DNA from: a virus
DNA length: 64,000 nucleotides
Strand: one strand, 5' to 3'
Virus record (IMG/VR): IMGVR_UViG_3300042879_004946
Span: 32,001 to 96,000 of that record
Shown here: one piece after another, positions 29,672 through 40,525 of the stretch
Numbering within the stretch: position 1 is the stretch's first letter
Layout of the letters: each line of letters opens with the position of its first letter
The notes under the pieces: generated by a model
Told to the model about the DNA's origin: nothing
Database searches by the model: none
What the model saw: only the letters and a program-made list of their open reading frames with translations
Program-made: the position numbers and the translations under genes

Positions 29672-30463
29672 ATGACAAATAGACGAAGAAATAAAAAATT
29701 AACCGAAGAAGAAATACAAGAAATTGAATCTTTCATTGGTAAACACCCAGAAGAAGGTAAAATAATAAATCAATTAAAAATTGAAATTAAACCAAAAACT
29801 GAGAATCAAAAAAAATTAATCCAAGCGATCAAAGAAAATGAAATTATTATTGCTTCAGGTTTTCCTGGTAGTGGTAAAACTTTTCTTAGTTGTGCGGAAG
29901 CCCTCAAATTAATTAAAAATCCACAAACACCATATAAAAAAATTATTCTTGTTAAATCGGTAACTACGTTAAAAGATGAAGAAATTGGTTTTTTAAAAGG
30001 AACAATGGAAGAAAAAATGGAACCCTTTATGGATTCTTTTTTGGATAATTTTAATAAAATTATTGGTGAGTATTTAACAGGTAAATTAAGAGAACAAAAA
30101 TTAATTGAAATTAAGCCAATAGCTTACGTCAGAGGGCGAAGTATTGATAATTCAGTTATCATTATTGATGAAGCACAAAATATTTCTTTGGATAATATGC
30201 GTACCTTAATGACCAGAATCGGTGATAATTCAAAATTAATTATTTTAGGTGATATTAAACAAAAAGACATTCGTAATAAACGTGAAAGCTCTTTGGAGAT
30301 TGTTTTAAACAGGTTTAAAGATAAAAACAGTTTTGGTATTGTCGAACTTAGAAACGAAGAAGACATTGTTAGAAATCCAATTATTAAAGTTATCGAAGAA
30401 ATTTTTGACCAAATAGATGACGAAAAAAGTAATAATGGTAAAAAACAAATATTAAAAGATTAG
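29672..30463 (+). CDS. phoH: PhoH-family ATPase
   Basis: GFPGSGKT, IGFLKG, YVRGRS, DEAQN, TRIG, GDIKQ, IVRNP. Confidence 0.9.
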   Translation: MTNRRRNKKLTEEEIQEIESFIGKHPEEGKIINQLKIEIKPKTENQKKLIQAIKENEIIIASGFPGSGKTFLSCAEALKLIKNPQTPYKKIILVKSVTTLKDEEIGFLKGTMEEKMEPFMDSFLDNFNKIIGEYLTGKLREQKLIEIKPIAYVRGRSIDNSVIIIDEAQNISLDNMRTLMTRIGDNSKLIILGDIKQKDIRNKRESSLEIVLNRFKDKNSFGIVELRNEEDIVRNPIIKVIEEIFDQIDDEKSNNGKKQILKD

Positions 30464-31059
30464 TGAGAAAATATAAAAATATTAGATTGAGAAAATCACC
30501 AATAGTAGAAGAAAGGGTGAAATTAATCAATAGAATTATTAAAGAAACTATTAATGAAAGTTTTGAATCTGTGATTAATACCGATTATGAGTTAATAGAA
30601 GAAAATTCAAATATTTTAATATATAGATTTAAAACAAATAGTGGTTATAGTTACGATTTAGAATTTATTACAGATTTTATTGAGAATGATAAAAAATTTT
30701 ATAATGGAAAAATTTTAAAAGACTATATCGATTCCGATTATATTGAACCTACCATAGACATCGCTTTTGTGCCTTCTGAGGTTAACATGGAAGATAGAGA
30801 TTCACCTGAATTATATACAAAAGAAACGAATAGGTATGAAACTATTGAATTAATGGGTAGAATATCTTTTTTAATAGAAGAGTTTATAAAAAACAATCCA
30901 AGAATAAAAGTTTATATTATTGGTAAAAATACCAAAGAAATTAAATTAAGTATTTATTTAAAAATATTTGATAATATATTTTCTGATAACTTTTATAAAA
31001 CAGAAGGTCGTAGTTTAGGTTATCCCAGCGGTGCTTTTTATTTTATAAAAAAACAATAA
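30463..31059 (+). CDS. Hypothetical protein
   Basis: 198-aa ORF with an RIIKETINES leader-like segment. Confidence 0.65.
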   Translation: MRKYKNIRLRKSPIVEERVKLINRIIKETINESFESVINTDYELIEENSNILIYRFKTNSGYSYDLEFITDFIENDKKFYNGKILKDYIDSDYIEPTIDIAFVPSEVNMEDRDSPELYTKETNRYETIELMGRISFLIEEFIKNNPRIKVYIIGKNTKEIKLSIYLKIFDNIFSDNFYKTEGRSLGYPSGAFYFIKKQ

Positions 31060-31085
31060 CAATAAAAACAAATATTAAAAACTTA

Positions 31086-31751
31086 ATGACAATAGGTGTT
31101 TCAGTTAACGGCGTACTCCGTGATTACTTTGGCAAAATAGAAAAAACACACACGAAATATTTCAATCCTGAAGATGGGCAAGAAATAAAAATTAAAGATT
31201 ATGATTTGGAAAAATGGATAAAATTTCCTGAAGAAGAAATTGTAAGACAAGAAATTGAATTTAATCCTGATTTTAATTTAAAAGATTTTGTGCAAACAGA
31301 TTCTAGTTTTAAAATCGAAGAAGTTAAAGATGATCCAATAACGGTTGATGATTTTATCTACGATAAATGTTGTTTGGAAATTTTTGGTTATGCAGAAGAA
31401 GAAATGGATGGTATTGTACAAGCTCTAAATGATTTTGATCTTCATTTAAAAATGTTAAAGAAAGATTATGAAGTAGTAATCACCAGTAGAGAGGCAGGTC
31501 GAAGTGTACCCGCAACTCTTTTCTTTTTATCAAAAACAGGTTGTATGATACAAAACGTTAAATTCACAATGGGAACCACTGATTGTTGGGATTTTGTTGA
31601 TATTATGATTACAGATCATCCTGAAATTTTATCAACTAAACCAGAAAATAAAATTACAATTAAAGTCGAAAAACCGTTTAACTCCCATATAGATTCTGAT
31701 TACACTGTTAGAAGTATTAAAGAACTTACTGGTTTGGGGGTTTTTAATTAA
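31086..31751 (+). CDS. HAD/5'-nucleotidase-like protein, degenerate motif I
   Basis: IGVSVNGVLRD (compare DxDGVL), ITSR, MITDHP, KPFN. Confidence 0.55.
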   Translation: MTIGVSVNGVLRDYFGKIEKTHTKYFNPEDGQEIKIKDYDLEKWIKFPEEEIVRQEIEFNPDFNLKDFVQTDSSFKIEEVKDDPITVDDFIYDKCCLEIFGYAEEEMDGIVQALNDFDLHLKMLKKDYEVVITSREAGRSVPATLFFLSKTGCMIQNVKFTMGTTDCWDFVDIMITDHPEILSTKPENKITIKVEKPFNSHIDSDYTVRSIKELTGLGVFN

Positions 31752-31787
31752 CGTTTACTTATAAAAAAACTTATATAATTTTAAAAT

Positions 31788-32168
31788 ATGAATAAATTTA
31801 AAAAAAATGATAATCCAGAAATGTTTGCCATCGCTGGTAGTCAATACTATTTCGACTTGGACGAATTAAGTCGTTATATCAGGGTTGAAAAAACTGAAAG
31901 TGTTGAAGATATTCTTAATGAAGCGAAAAAAGAAATGACTGGAGACCCTGAAAACGCCGAAGAAGATGCTGAGATCTTAGGTCAAATAGTAGATGTCACC
32001 AAATGGGAAACCATTAAAGTTATGTTTGAATGTGTTTTAAGCGACCAAGGGCCAATAGATGAGGCTATGGGTATAGCGAGCCTTTCAAATCAATTATCAA
32101 TACCTTTTAAATTATCATTTAATACATTACTAAAAAATAATATAATAAAACAACAATATGGAAAATAA
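31788..32168 (+). CDS. Hypothetical protein
   Basis: 126-aa ORF; early-type promoter at 31754-31783. Confidence 0.7.
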   Translation: MNKFKKNDNPEMFAIAGSQYYFDLDELSRYIRVEKTESVEDILNEAKKEMTGDPENAEEDAEILGQIVDVTKWETIKVMFECVLSDQGPIDEAMGIASLSNQLSIPFKLSFNTLLKNNIIKQQYGK

Positions 32169-33237
32169 CACAAAAGAACTAATCAAAAACGCGATTCAAA
32201 ATCTAGAAAAAAAAGATTTTAGAATTTTTTTCTTTGTTATGGATACAAAGGGAAATGCTGTTGCCAGTTTGGCAAATATCTATGAACATGCCAGAATTTT
32301 ACGTCAATTAGGTTATGATGCACAAATTCTACATGAAAAAAATGATTATCCAGCCATTGGGCCAATTTTAGGTGAAATTTACGCTGAAATACCACATGTA
32401 TCTGCTGAGGGGCAACAATTAAAAGTAAATACACAAGATTTTATTGTGATACCAGAGATTTTTGCAAACGTTATGGAACAAACAGCAAAATTACCGAGCA
32501 AAAGAATCGTTTTTGTTAACTCATATGATTATATTTTTGAAATGTTAATGCCTGGTAAGAATTGGGTAGAATACGGTATCACCGATGTCATCACTACAAA
32601 TGAAAAACAAAAAGAATATATTACCGATTTATTTTCTAACAGAATTAACGTTGAAGTAGTACCTGTTAGTATACCTGAATATTTTAAACCTTCTGAAAAA
32701 CCTAAAAAACCGATTATTGCGATTGCGACTCGTGATCAAAGAGATTTGGTGAAAATATATAAAAGATTTTATCTTAAATATCCACATTTAAAATGGGTTT
32801 CATTCCGTGATATGCGTGGATTACCAAGAGAGGTTTTTGCGAATTCATTAGCTGAATGTTGTTTGGCAATATGGGTTGACGATATCGCTGGGTTTGGTAC
32901 TTTTCCGGTGGAAGCAATGAAATGTGACGTTCCAGTTTTAGGTCTTGTACCTAACATGTTACCAGAATGGATTTCAGATAAAAATGGCCTTTGGACACAT
33001 GAGACCAACAAAATTAGTGATTTAGCTGCCAATTATTTTCAAGCCTGGTTGGAGGACGCTGAACCTGAAGAAATTTACACTGAAATGGCTAAGATGAAAG
33101 ATTCTTACACTTTGGAACAACAAACACTTAAAGTACAGGAAGTTTATAACAAAATTTTTGAAAAAAGAATTGAAGAATTAAAATCAGTGATCCCTGTTGA
33201 AATAGAAGTTGAAAATAATGTAGAAATTGAAAAATAA
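32158..33237 (+). CDS. Glycosyltransferase (GT-B/GT4-like)
   Basis: VIPEIF, GFGTFPVEAMKCDVPV. Confidence 0.75.
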   Translation: MENNTKELIKNAIQNLEKKDFRIFFFVMDTKGNAVASLANIYEHARILRQLGYDAQILHEKNDYPAIGPILGEIYAEIPHVSAEGQQLKVNTQDFIVIPEIFANVMEQTAKLPSKRIVFVNSYDYIFEMLMPGKNWVEYGITDVITTNEKQKEYITDLFSNRINVEVVPVSIPEYFKPSEKPKKPIIAIATRDQRDLVKIYKRFYLKYPHLKWVSFRDMRGLPREVFANSLAECCLAIWVDDIAGFGTFPVEAMKCDVPVLGLVPNMLPEWISDKNGLWTHETNKISDLAANYFQAWLEDAEPEEIYTEMAKMKDSYTLEQQTLKVQEVYNKIFEKRIEELKSVIPVEIEVENNVEIEK

Positions 33238-33243
33238 AAAAAT

Positions 33244-34044
33244 ATGAATACCACAAAAACCACTGTTATTATACCAATCCATAAAATGGATGATAGTTTA
33301 CAAAATTACTTTGAAAACGCAATTAAAAGTATTGAATCACAAAAAGTAAGGCCTGAAGAGGTTTTAATTGTAACCACAAAAGATGTGGAAATAAATAAAA
33401 GTGTTTTAGAAAACATTAAACACAGAATTGTCATTAACGAAGGTAAAACCGATTTTTGTTCCCAAGTTAATTTAGGGGTTGAAAATGTTAAAACTGAATA
33501 TTTTAGTATTTTAGAAGTCGATGACGAATATTCTAAAATTTGGTTTAGTAATGTCATTAAATACCTTGAACATTATCAGGAAGTTGATACCTTTTTACCA
33601 ATTGTTTTGGATGTCAACACTGAAGGTCGTTTTTTACACTTTACAAATGAACCAGTTTGGGCAAAAGAATTTTCTGATAAATTAGGTTTTCTAGATAATG
33701 ATTCTTTATTAAATTTTCCTAACTTCCAATTAAGTGGTGCGGTAATTAAAAAAGAGGCTTTTGAAGCAGTTGGTGGTTTAAAGCCTAGTATTAGACTACA
33801 TTTTGTGTATGAGTTTTTCCTTAGAATGACTTATTATGATAAAAAAATCATGACAATACCAAAATTAGGTTACAAAAAAACTAACATGCGACCTGATTCA
33901 CTTTTCTTTAACTACTACAATGAAGGTTCAGAAAAAATTGATGTTATTGAAGCCAGATTTTGGTATAATACCGCTAGAAAAGAGTGTTATTTCCGTGCTG
34001 ACAGAGGTATAAAATTCGATAGAGCGACTGCCACGATAGTTTAA
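33244..34044 (+). CDS. Glycosyltransferase family 2-like
   Basis: TVIIPIH, SIESQ, NLGVE, ILEVDD. Confidence 0.75.
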   Translation: MNTTKTTVIIPIHKMDDSLQNYFENAIKSIESQKVRPEEVLIVTTKDVEINKSVLENIKHRIVINEGKTDFCSQVNLGVENVKTEYFSILEVDDEYSKIWFSNVIKYLEHYQEVDTFLPIVLDVNTEGRFLHFTNEPVWAKEFSDKLGFLDNDSLLNFPNFQLSGAVIKKEAFEAVGGLKPSIRLHFVYEFFLRMTYYDKKIMTIPKLGYKKTNMRPDSLFFNYYNEGSEKIDVIEARFWYNTARKECYFRADRGIKFDRATATIV

Positions 34045-34208
34045 ACAAGGTTTTTTAAAGCATTTCTAATAAATCTTAAAAATAGTAGCCAACATGATAT
34101 TTGTAATAAAAATAATATCATGGATAAAATCAATAAATAACTGATAAAAAAAATATCAAAAGCATTGGTTCTATACCATAACAAGAAAAAAAATGATGAT
34201 ACGATTTA

Positions 34209-34988
34209 ATGGATGATAATCAACTAAAAAGGAGAGGTCGAAAGCCTAGTAAAGATCCTTATTTTGGTGTTGTAGAAGAATCGGCAGTTAAAGAATTTTT
34301 AACATTAGGATCCTTGATTCAGGATGAAAACTCCTCTGAAGGTTATATATGGACTGGCACGACAGCTGAAATATATCAAAGAGATAAAATTTACAGAGAT
34401 CATTTAAAGGCACCTTTAGATAAAATGATTGAGAGTATTATTAGAAGATATAAATTATACTCTAAAACAATGTCATTTGATGATCTACATTCAGACACTT
34501 TATCTTTTTTAATGGTAAAATTCCATAAATTTAAACCATCAAAAGGTAAAAAATCCTATTCTTACTATGGTACCATTTGTAAACATTATTTATTAGGAAA
34601 ACTAATGAAAGATGATAAAAAAATGAAAACTTTAATATCGTATGAAGATGTTTCTTCTGAAATTGAAGAAAATAAAGAGTTTTCATATGAAATGGAAGAC
34701 GGTGAAATTAGTATTTGGATTTTAATAAATAAAATAACCGAATCCATTAAAGAAGATATAAAATCCAATATTTTAACAGAAAATGAAGTTAAAATAGGAA
34801 ACGCTTTAGTTTCAATATTAGATAATTGGGAAAATATCTTTGAATCCCAAACTTCTACCAACAAATACAACAAAAATTTGATTTTATATTACATACGTGA
34901 AATGACTTCTTTAGAAACTAAAGAAATTAGAAACGCAATGAAAAGATTTAAATCAATATATAAATTAGTTAGAAGTGGTGATTTATAA
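34209..34988 (+). CDS. Late-transcription sigma factor (T4 gp55-like)
   Basis: Region-2-like SIIRRY..DDLHSD..KFKPSKGKKSYSYYGTICKHYL; precedes the structural genes. Confidence 0.65.
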   Translation: MDDNQLKRRGRKPSKDPYFGVVEESAVKEFLTLGSLIQDENSSEGYIWTGTTAEIYQRDKIYRDHLKAPLDKMIESIIRRYKLYSKTMSFDDLHSDTLSFLMVKFHKFKPSKGKKSYSYYGTICKHYLLGKLMKDDKKMKTLISYEDVSSEIEENKEFSYEMEDGEISIWILINKITESIKEDIKSNILTENEVKIGNALVSILDNWENIFESQTSTNKYNKNLILYYIREMTSLETKEIRNAMKRFKSIYKLVRSGDL

Positions 34989-35029
34989 AAATCACTGCTT
35001 TTGATATTTATATTATAAAAACAACGATT

Positions 35030-35431
35030 ATGGCAAGACCTAAAAAAAAAGAAATTCAATTAACAACTGATAGCTTTTTATCTTTAGCACAAGAAGCTTA
35101 CAATGAATTGGTGGAACAAAGAAGTACTTGTATTAGAACAATCAATGAAAATAAAAATAAAGTTGTTATTGAAGATGTTCACGATCTCGCGAACTTAAAC
35201 AAAGCAAACTCTGATTTATTAAAAATAGTGGATTCTACTATTGATAAAAAAATAACAATGGTAAAATTATTTAGTCAATTACTATATAAATCAGAATTAT
35301 CAAAAGAAAACACATCTAATAACGCTATAACGCCAGAAGATATGGCTTTATTACGTGATATCTTTAAAGAAGACGTTAAAACAGATGGTGGTTCAAATGG
35401 CGATGATAAAAAAGAGTATAATTTAAAATAA
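35030..35431 (+). CDS. Hypothetical protein
   Basis: 133-aa ORF; late motif at 35003-35011. Confidence 0.75.
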   Translation: MARPKKKEIQLTTDSFLSLAQEAYNELVEQRSTCIRTINENKNKVVIEDVHDLANLNKANSDLLKIVDSTIDKKITMVKLFSQLLYKSELSKENTSNNAITPEDMALLRDIFKEDVKTDGGSNGDDKKEYNLK

Positions 35432-36837
35432 TGGCTTTTATTGATGATAAACAAAATATTGTTACTGGTTTAAATATTTTAGAGATTTTAAACGAATTAC
35501 CTAAAAAAAAAGCAATTTCTTCTTTAGAATCTGTAAACTCTAAAGATAAAAATTTAATACAATTTATCATTGATTTATTATCACTTACTTGTCGTGACAG
35601 CAGTACCAACCCAAAAGATAGAGGTCGTTGTGAAGCTTCTAGAATTTTAACCGAAATATTAACACAATTTTTTCCTGCTTTAATTAGAATATTAAAAGAA
35701 GGTATTATAAAAGCTATTAAAGCCGGTTTAATGTGTGGATCAGATTTTACAGTACCAAACATTGAACTAAAAATAAAAATGTCTGAATTGGATTATAACG
35801 GTCTTTTAAAGTTAAACCCAAATAGTCCTAATGGTTCACTTTTTTATGGTAGAAACTCATCAACAGATATTAATTGGTTTTTATATAATTTAATACAAAA
35901 TGGTGGTAGTTCTAATTGGGGAAATATATTTGATTTTACTTTTGACCAATCAAATGAAGAATTAAACATCAAAACCACAAGCAATGTCCAAAATCAAAAA
36001 TTTGAAGAATTCTTAACCAAATATCTGGATTCTATTGAGTTATTTTCTTCTTCCAATTTTTTAACACGTTTAACTGATAATTTAACAGGTTCATTAACAT
36101 CTAATCTTTTTCCAAGTTTAGAAAACATAATTAACCAAGAAAAAACAAATAAAGTTATTGAGAAGATAAACAACACGGATACATGTGAAGCCGAATACGA
36201 AGTTAGTGATAATTATTTTATTTTTAGTAATGATGAATTATTTGAAATAGAAAACACATCGACACAAAAATTTGCTGGTGCAACAAACTTAGATTTGGGT
36301 TGTGGGACTTTTTCTTCAACAATATCAGCAGATACCTTTAAAGTTATTTTTGATAATATTAAAAACGCAAACCCAAATCAAATATCACAAGTAATAGAAG
36401 AATCGATAACAACAATAAATTTAAATTTAACAAGTAATGTAGGTGATGCCGATAAAAACGTCGCCTCTAATTCGTTAAATTTAAAAATGATTAAGTCGAT
36501 ACCTTTAGTTTTAAGTAATGTTATTTTTGAACCTAAAATAGTTTTACTTTACTTGATGTCACTAAAAATGGTTAAAGGGCCTTTAAATAATGACACCCCA
36601 AATCTTAGTGTTAAAAATAGTTTTGATTTTAGTAGTGCGTCAAAAGTTTTTTTTGAATTTGTGGTTAGAGAATCTTTAGCCGCCTTATTAGAAATACTAT
36701 ATAATCAATTAAAAAAAGAAATTTTAAATTTATTGATATTAACAACAACCTCAATTGTTAAAGAACAATTAAAATTAAAATATAAAATATTATCAGGTTC
36801 ACTTTCAACCACAAATTCGCCGATACCCCAACCCTAA
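35431..36837 (+). CDS. Hypothetical (probably structural) protein
   Basis: 468-aa ORF in the late operon. Confidence 0.75.
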   Translation: MAFIDDKQNIVTGLNILEILNELPKKKAISSLESVNSKDKNLIQFIIDLLSLTCRDSSTNPKDRGRCEASRILTEILTQFFPALIRILKEGIIKAIKAGLMCGSDFTVPNIELKIKMSELDYNGLLKLNPNSPNGSLFYGRNSSTDINWFLYNLIQNGGSSNWGNIFDFTFDQSNEELNIKTTSNVQNQKFEEFLTKYLDSIELFSSSNFLTRLTDNLTGSLTSNLFPSLENIINQEKTNKVIEKINNTDTCEAEYEVSDNYFIFSNDELFEIENTSTQKFAGATNLDLGCGTFSSTISADTFKVIFDNIKNANPNQISQVIEESITTINLNLTSNVGDADKNVASNSLNLKMIKSIPLVLSNVIFEPKIVLLYLMSLKMVKGPLNNDTPNLSVKNSFDFSSASKVFFEFVVRESLAALLEILYNQLKKEILNLLILTTTSIVKEQLKLKYKILSGSLSTTNSPIPQP

Positions 36838-36848
36838 CAACATAAATT

Positions 36849-37316
36849 ATGGCCAAATGTAAAGATACTAGCGTAGGTTCTAACAATAATTGTGTTCCTA
36901 ACTTTAAAAACCCAAATTCAATATTAAACAGTATTTTATGTTTATTTAATTCAACACCAAAAGTGGGATTAACAGCAATGCCTTCTGTTTTGAATTTAAA
37001 TTCTAGGTTAACAAGATGTGCTGGTGGTGGTTTAAATGCTTCAAAAGTCGCGTCAAGAATTATTCAAAGACAATCAGAGGCGGGAATACCCATTGGGCCT
37101 TTAGCCGATGGGTCGCCAAGCCCTGACGAAATAATGGAAAAAATTAGAATTGAGGAGATTATTAACGCGATAACAACCGAAATGGTTTTAGACGTTGCAA
37201 TACAACCAGGTTCTAATGTTGTTTCTACAGTTACATCTCCTGTTGGTCCTTTACCAGCAAACGGTGTTGTAACCACAATAGCTAAAGGCCAAGCAATAGT
37301 AAATCCTTGTGTTTAA
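36849..37316 (+). CDS. Hypothetical baseplate-region protein
   Basis: 155-aa ORF upstream of the gp5-like gene. Confidence 0.65.
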   Translation: MAKCKDTSVGSNNNCVPNFKNPNSILNSILCLFNSTPKVGLTAMPSVLNLNSRLTRCAGGGLNASKVASRIIQRQSEAGIPIGPLADGSPSPDEIMEKIRIEEIINAITTEMVLDVAIQPGSNVVSTVTSPVGPLPANGVVTTIAKGQAIVNPCV

Positions 37317-37317
37317 T

Positions 37318-37500
37318 ATGGAAAATATAAAAAATAAATCAAATACAGAATTGGCTAAAATACAAAAAGATTTGGCCGATGAATACGAAAAAGTTAGACA
37401 AGATTTGTTAAAAACCTATAACTATTGGTTATCTATTGAGAAAAAATACAATGAAATTATTGTTGAATTAAATAACAGATTTGGTGTTAATAATAAATAA
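37318..37500 (+). CDS. Small coiled-coil hypothetical protein
   Basis: MENIKNKSNTEL...; ATG at 37318. Confidence 0.65.
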   Translation: MENIKNKSNTELAKIQKDLADEYEKVRQDLLKTYNYWLSIEKKYNEIIVELNNRFGVNNK

Positions 37501-37502
37501 AA

Positions 37503-38582
37503 ATGGAAAATGTTAAACTTTTTAATAACAACAATGCGTTTGGTGATATAACTAATATTATTTGGGCTTACGCAAAAGTTGTCGATATTAACGACCCTTA
37601 TGACGCGGGTAGGATTAAAGTTCGTATGCCAATAGAAGATAGGGATACTAGCATAGGGCTGGAAGATTTATCACTAGATGACGGTGGTTTGCCCTGGTGT
37701 GAACCTTTGTTACCAAAATACTTAAATATAGTGCCAGAAGTTGGTCAATTAGTTAAAGTAACGACTTTTAATATAAAAAATAAAAAAATAAGAAGACAAT
37801 ATATAGGCCCCGGTATTTCTCAAATAGCCGCATCAGATTTATTGAATCCTGAATATGATACTCAAAAAACCAAAATAGAATTTAGTAGTTACACGGGTAA
37901 GTGGTCAGCAAAAGGTGATGCGATTGACGGTGATTGGAAGATATATCCAGATAAAAGTGATGTTGCTTTTTTAGGAAAAAGAAATACAGATATTATTTTA
38001 CGTAATAAAAATTTTTTCGATGAAATACAATTACGTGTTGGTAAAATTGACTCGGTTACATTAAATTCAGCGTCAAACAGTTCTTTTAGGGATTCCCCTC
38101 TTATTTTAAATAAAAAAAATCCTGGTTATATTACAATAAATTTTACAGAAGCTTCTGGATTACAACAAAAAGGTATTAGTAATAACTATAAAAATTTAAA
38201 TCTTCAAAAAGACAGATCACATGTTAATATTGTTGCCGACCATATTAATTTTATAAGCCATTTAACAGGTGATCAACCAAAAATTTTACAAGGTCAAAAT
38301 ATTGTACAACAAATAGACGTAGAAAATTCAAAATTACACCCAGTAATTTATGGGGATGTTTTGTGGGAGTTTATGCAATTATTAAGATCTTACATTGAGG
38401 GCCATGTGCACAAAGGTGCTGGAAAAACAATACCAGACGAAAATTCAGTTAAACAAAATTTAATTAAATGGTTTAACGATAATATGGGTACCCCTTCTAA
38501 AAAAACAACCTCAAACGGCAAGGATACTTATATTGAAATTGATAATTGTACATTTTTAAGTAAAGGCGTAAAAACTAATTAA
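37503..38582 (+). CDS. Baseplate hub/central spike protein (gp5 N-terminal OB-fold-like)
   Basis: VVDINDPYDAGRIKVR..LPWCEPL..PEVGQLV; HVH metal-binding motif near the C-terminus. Confidence 0.75.
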   Translation: MENVKLFNNNNAFGDITNIIWAYAKVVDINDPYDAGRIKVRMPIEDRDTSIGLEDLSLDDGGLPWCEPLLPKYLNIVPEVGQLVKVTTFNIKNKKIRRQYIGPGISQIAASDLLNPEYDTQKTKIEFSSYTGKWSAKGDAIDGDWKIYPDKSDVAFLGKRNTDIILRNKNFFDEIQLRVGKIDSVTLNSASNSSFRDSPLILNKKNPGYITINFTEASGLQQKGISNNYKNLNLQKDRSHVNIVADHINFISHLTGDQPKILQGQNIVQQIDVENSKLHPVIYGDVLWEFMQLLRSYIEGHVHKGAGKTIPDENSVKQNLIKWFNDNMGTPSKKTTSNGKDTYIEIDNCTFLSKGVKTN

Positions 38583-38612
38583 ATCTTGGCATATTTATAG
38601 TAAAAAGATTTA

Positions 38613-40151
38613 ATGGGTATTTTACATACATATTTTACGAAAAATAATACAATAGTTAGGAATTCTTACGTTAACACGGGTAAAAATCCTGTTGTCGAGT
38701 TATTCCATGGTGGTTCATTAAATGCCGACCAAGTAACTTATTCTAGATATATATTTAGTTTTGATTTTACGGAAATACTCCAAAGGTTGAATGCTAAACA
38801 AACAACTTTGGATAAAATGTCACACACTTTAAAAATCACAAACACTTCAACATTTGATGAAGAACAATTTTGTAAAAGTGTTAATTCTTGTATTGGGGAT
38901 GTTAAAAGATCAACTTGTTTTGATTTAATTCTTTTTGAAATTCCTGAAGCTTGGGCAGAAGGTGATGGTTACGATTATACCGATGTTAAAATAAGTTGTT
39001 CTGATAGTGATAGAACTTATTGTGAGGGACCATCAAACTGGTTTCAAAGAAATAATCTAATAAATTGTTGGTCAATCCCTGGTATTTATAGTGACCCAAC
39101 AAATTGGTGTTCTGGGAGCACTTCTGGAGCAACTTCAGGTGGTACTACATGTTCAGGTGGTACTAATTTAATTATTGCAACACAACATTTCGATTATGGT
39201 GACGAAAATGTTAATATCGATATCACTTCTTATATTAACAATTTAATTTTAAGTGGTTATACCGGTTTAACTTATGGTTTAGGATTGGCATACGCAAATG
39301 CTTTAGAAATTGCACCATTGGAAAACGCAGAATATGTTGGTTTTTTTAGTCGTCACACAAATACTGTTTATGAACCTTTTTTAGAAACTAAATGGGATGA
39401 CACCATAAAAGACGATAGAGACAACTTTTATTTAAATAAAGATAACAACATATGTCTTTATGTTAATGCGGGTGGACAAGCAACTAATGCAACTTTTTCA
39501 GGGGTAACCATTTACGATCAATTAGGTAATGTTTTTAAAGAAATACCACCTTCTGGAATTACACAAGTAACCACGGGCGTTTATTGTGTTAATTTTGCGG
39601 TCGACGATAATCCGGCATCAGGTTATTGTGGCAATATCCAATTCACTGATGTGTGGCAAGACGTTACTATTGGTAACAAAAATTTAGGTGATGTTGAACT
39701 TAGTTTTATTGTTTTAGAGGCTGATGACTACTATCGTATAGGTTCTAGTAATAGTGCTGGTGCAAACGGTTTAGGTGTCGGTAAGGCTACCAATTTGTCT
39801 ATTTATGAATATGATGTTAATATTCGTGGTATTAAATATAAAGAAAAAATTAAAAGAGGTGATACCAGAAGAATTAATGTTGATGTCAGAATTCCATACA
39901 CATACGATTCTACTGTTACACTAGATAAGGTTTATTATCGTATGTATACTTTAGATAATGGAACTACACAAATAGAATATATTGATTGGCAAGAAATAAG
40001 TAGAACACCAGATGGTAACTTTTTTATTGTTGACACTTCTTGGTTTATACCTAATGATTATTTTATTGAGATTAAAATAGAATCAGGTAACGAGGTTAGG
40101 ACTTTTCCACAAACAATCTCGTTTACAATTGTATCAGAAAAAAACGTATGA
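38613..40151 (+). CDS. Virion structural protein (hypothetical)
   Basis: 512 aa, beta-rich with many Cys, Thr and Gly; late motif at 38591. Confidence 0.6.
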   Translation: MGILHTYFTKNNTIVRNSYVNTGKNPVVELFHGGSLNADQVTYSRYIFSFDFTEILQRLNAKQTTLDKMSHTLKITNTSTFDEEQFCKSVNSCIGDVKRSTCFDLILFEIPEAWAEGDGYDYTDVKISCSDSDRTYCEGPSNWFQRNNLINCWSIPGIYSDPTNWCSGSTSGATSGGTTCSGGTNLIIATQHFDYGDENVNIDITSYINNLILSGYTGLTYGLGLAYANALEIAPLENAEYVGFFSRHTNTVYEPFLETKWDDTIKDDRDNFYLNKDNNICLYVNAGGQATNATFSGVTIYDQLGNVFKEIPPSGITQVTTGVYCVNFAVDDNPASGYCGNIQFTDVWQDVTIGNKNLGDVELSFIVLEADDYYRIGSSNSAGANGLGVGKATNLSIYEYDVNIRGIKYKEKIKRGDTRRINVDVRIPYTYDSTVTLDKVYYRMYTLDNGTTQIEYIDWQEISRTPDGNFFIVDTSWFIPNDYFIEIKIESGNEVRTFPQTISFTIVSEKNV

Positions 40152-40525
40152 AAAACCTTATAAGAAAAATATTAAAAGAAGAATTTGATGATTTTGGTTG
40201 GGCTGAAGAATTGATTGGTAATACTAAACAATTTTCCCCCGCTGAAGAGTTCTTATATGAAATCATGTCCAATTTAAAGGCAGTTACTTCGGAAAAAAAT
40301 CCAGGTTGGATGGAGTATAAGGATGAAAGTGGGGTTATTTTAATGGCGGATAATGTGGATAGAAATGAAAAAACCCCCCATTTATGGGTTGATTATGATA
40401 AAATTTGGAGAAAATTAAATCAAAAATTTGGTCTTAACAATCAGGAAGCCAAAGACTTATGCGTGCGTATGCTGGAGATGGTTCATAAACGAAAGGTGTT
40501 GACAGCTGATGTCGGGCAGTGGTGA
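40148..40525 (+). CDS. Array-fused small protein, paralog 2 (125 aa)
   Basis: Very similar to the 4099 ORF; ends MLEMVHKRKVLTA-DVGQW with the stop inside the spacer. Confidence 0.85.
   Translation: MKNLIRKILKEEFDDFGWAEELIGNTKQFSPAEEFLYEIMSNLKAVTSEKNPGWMEYKDESGVILMADNVDRNEKTPHLWVDYDKIWRKLNQKFGLNNQEAKDLCVRMLEMVHKRKVLTADVGQW

Noticed and set aside
37100-37110. TTTAGCCGATG match to the reverse complement of spacer 1 (possible self-target)
   Set aside because: Only 11 nt with mismatched flanks, compatible with chance
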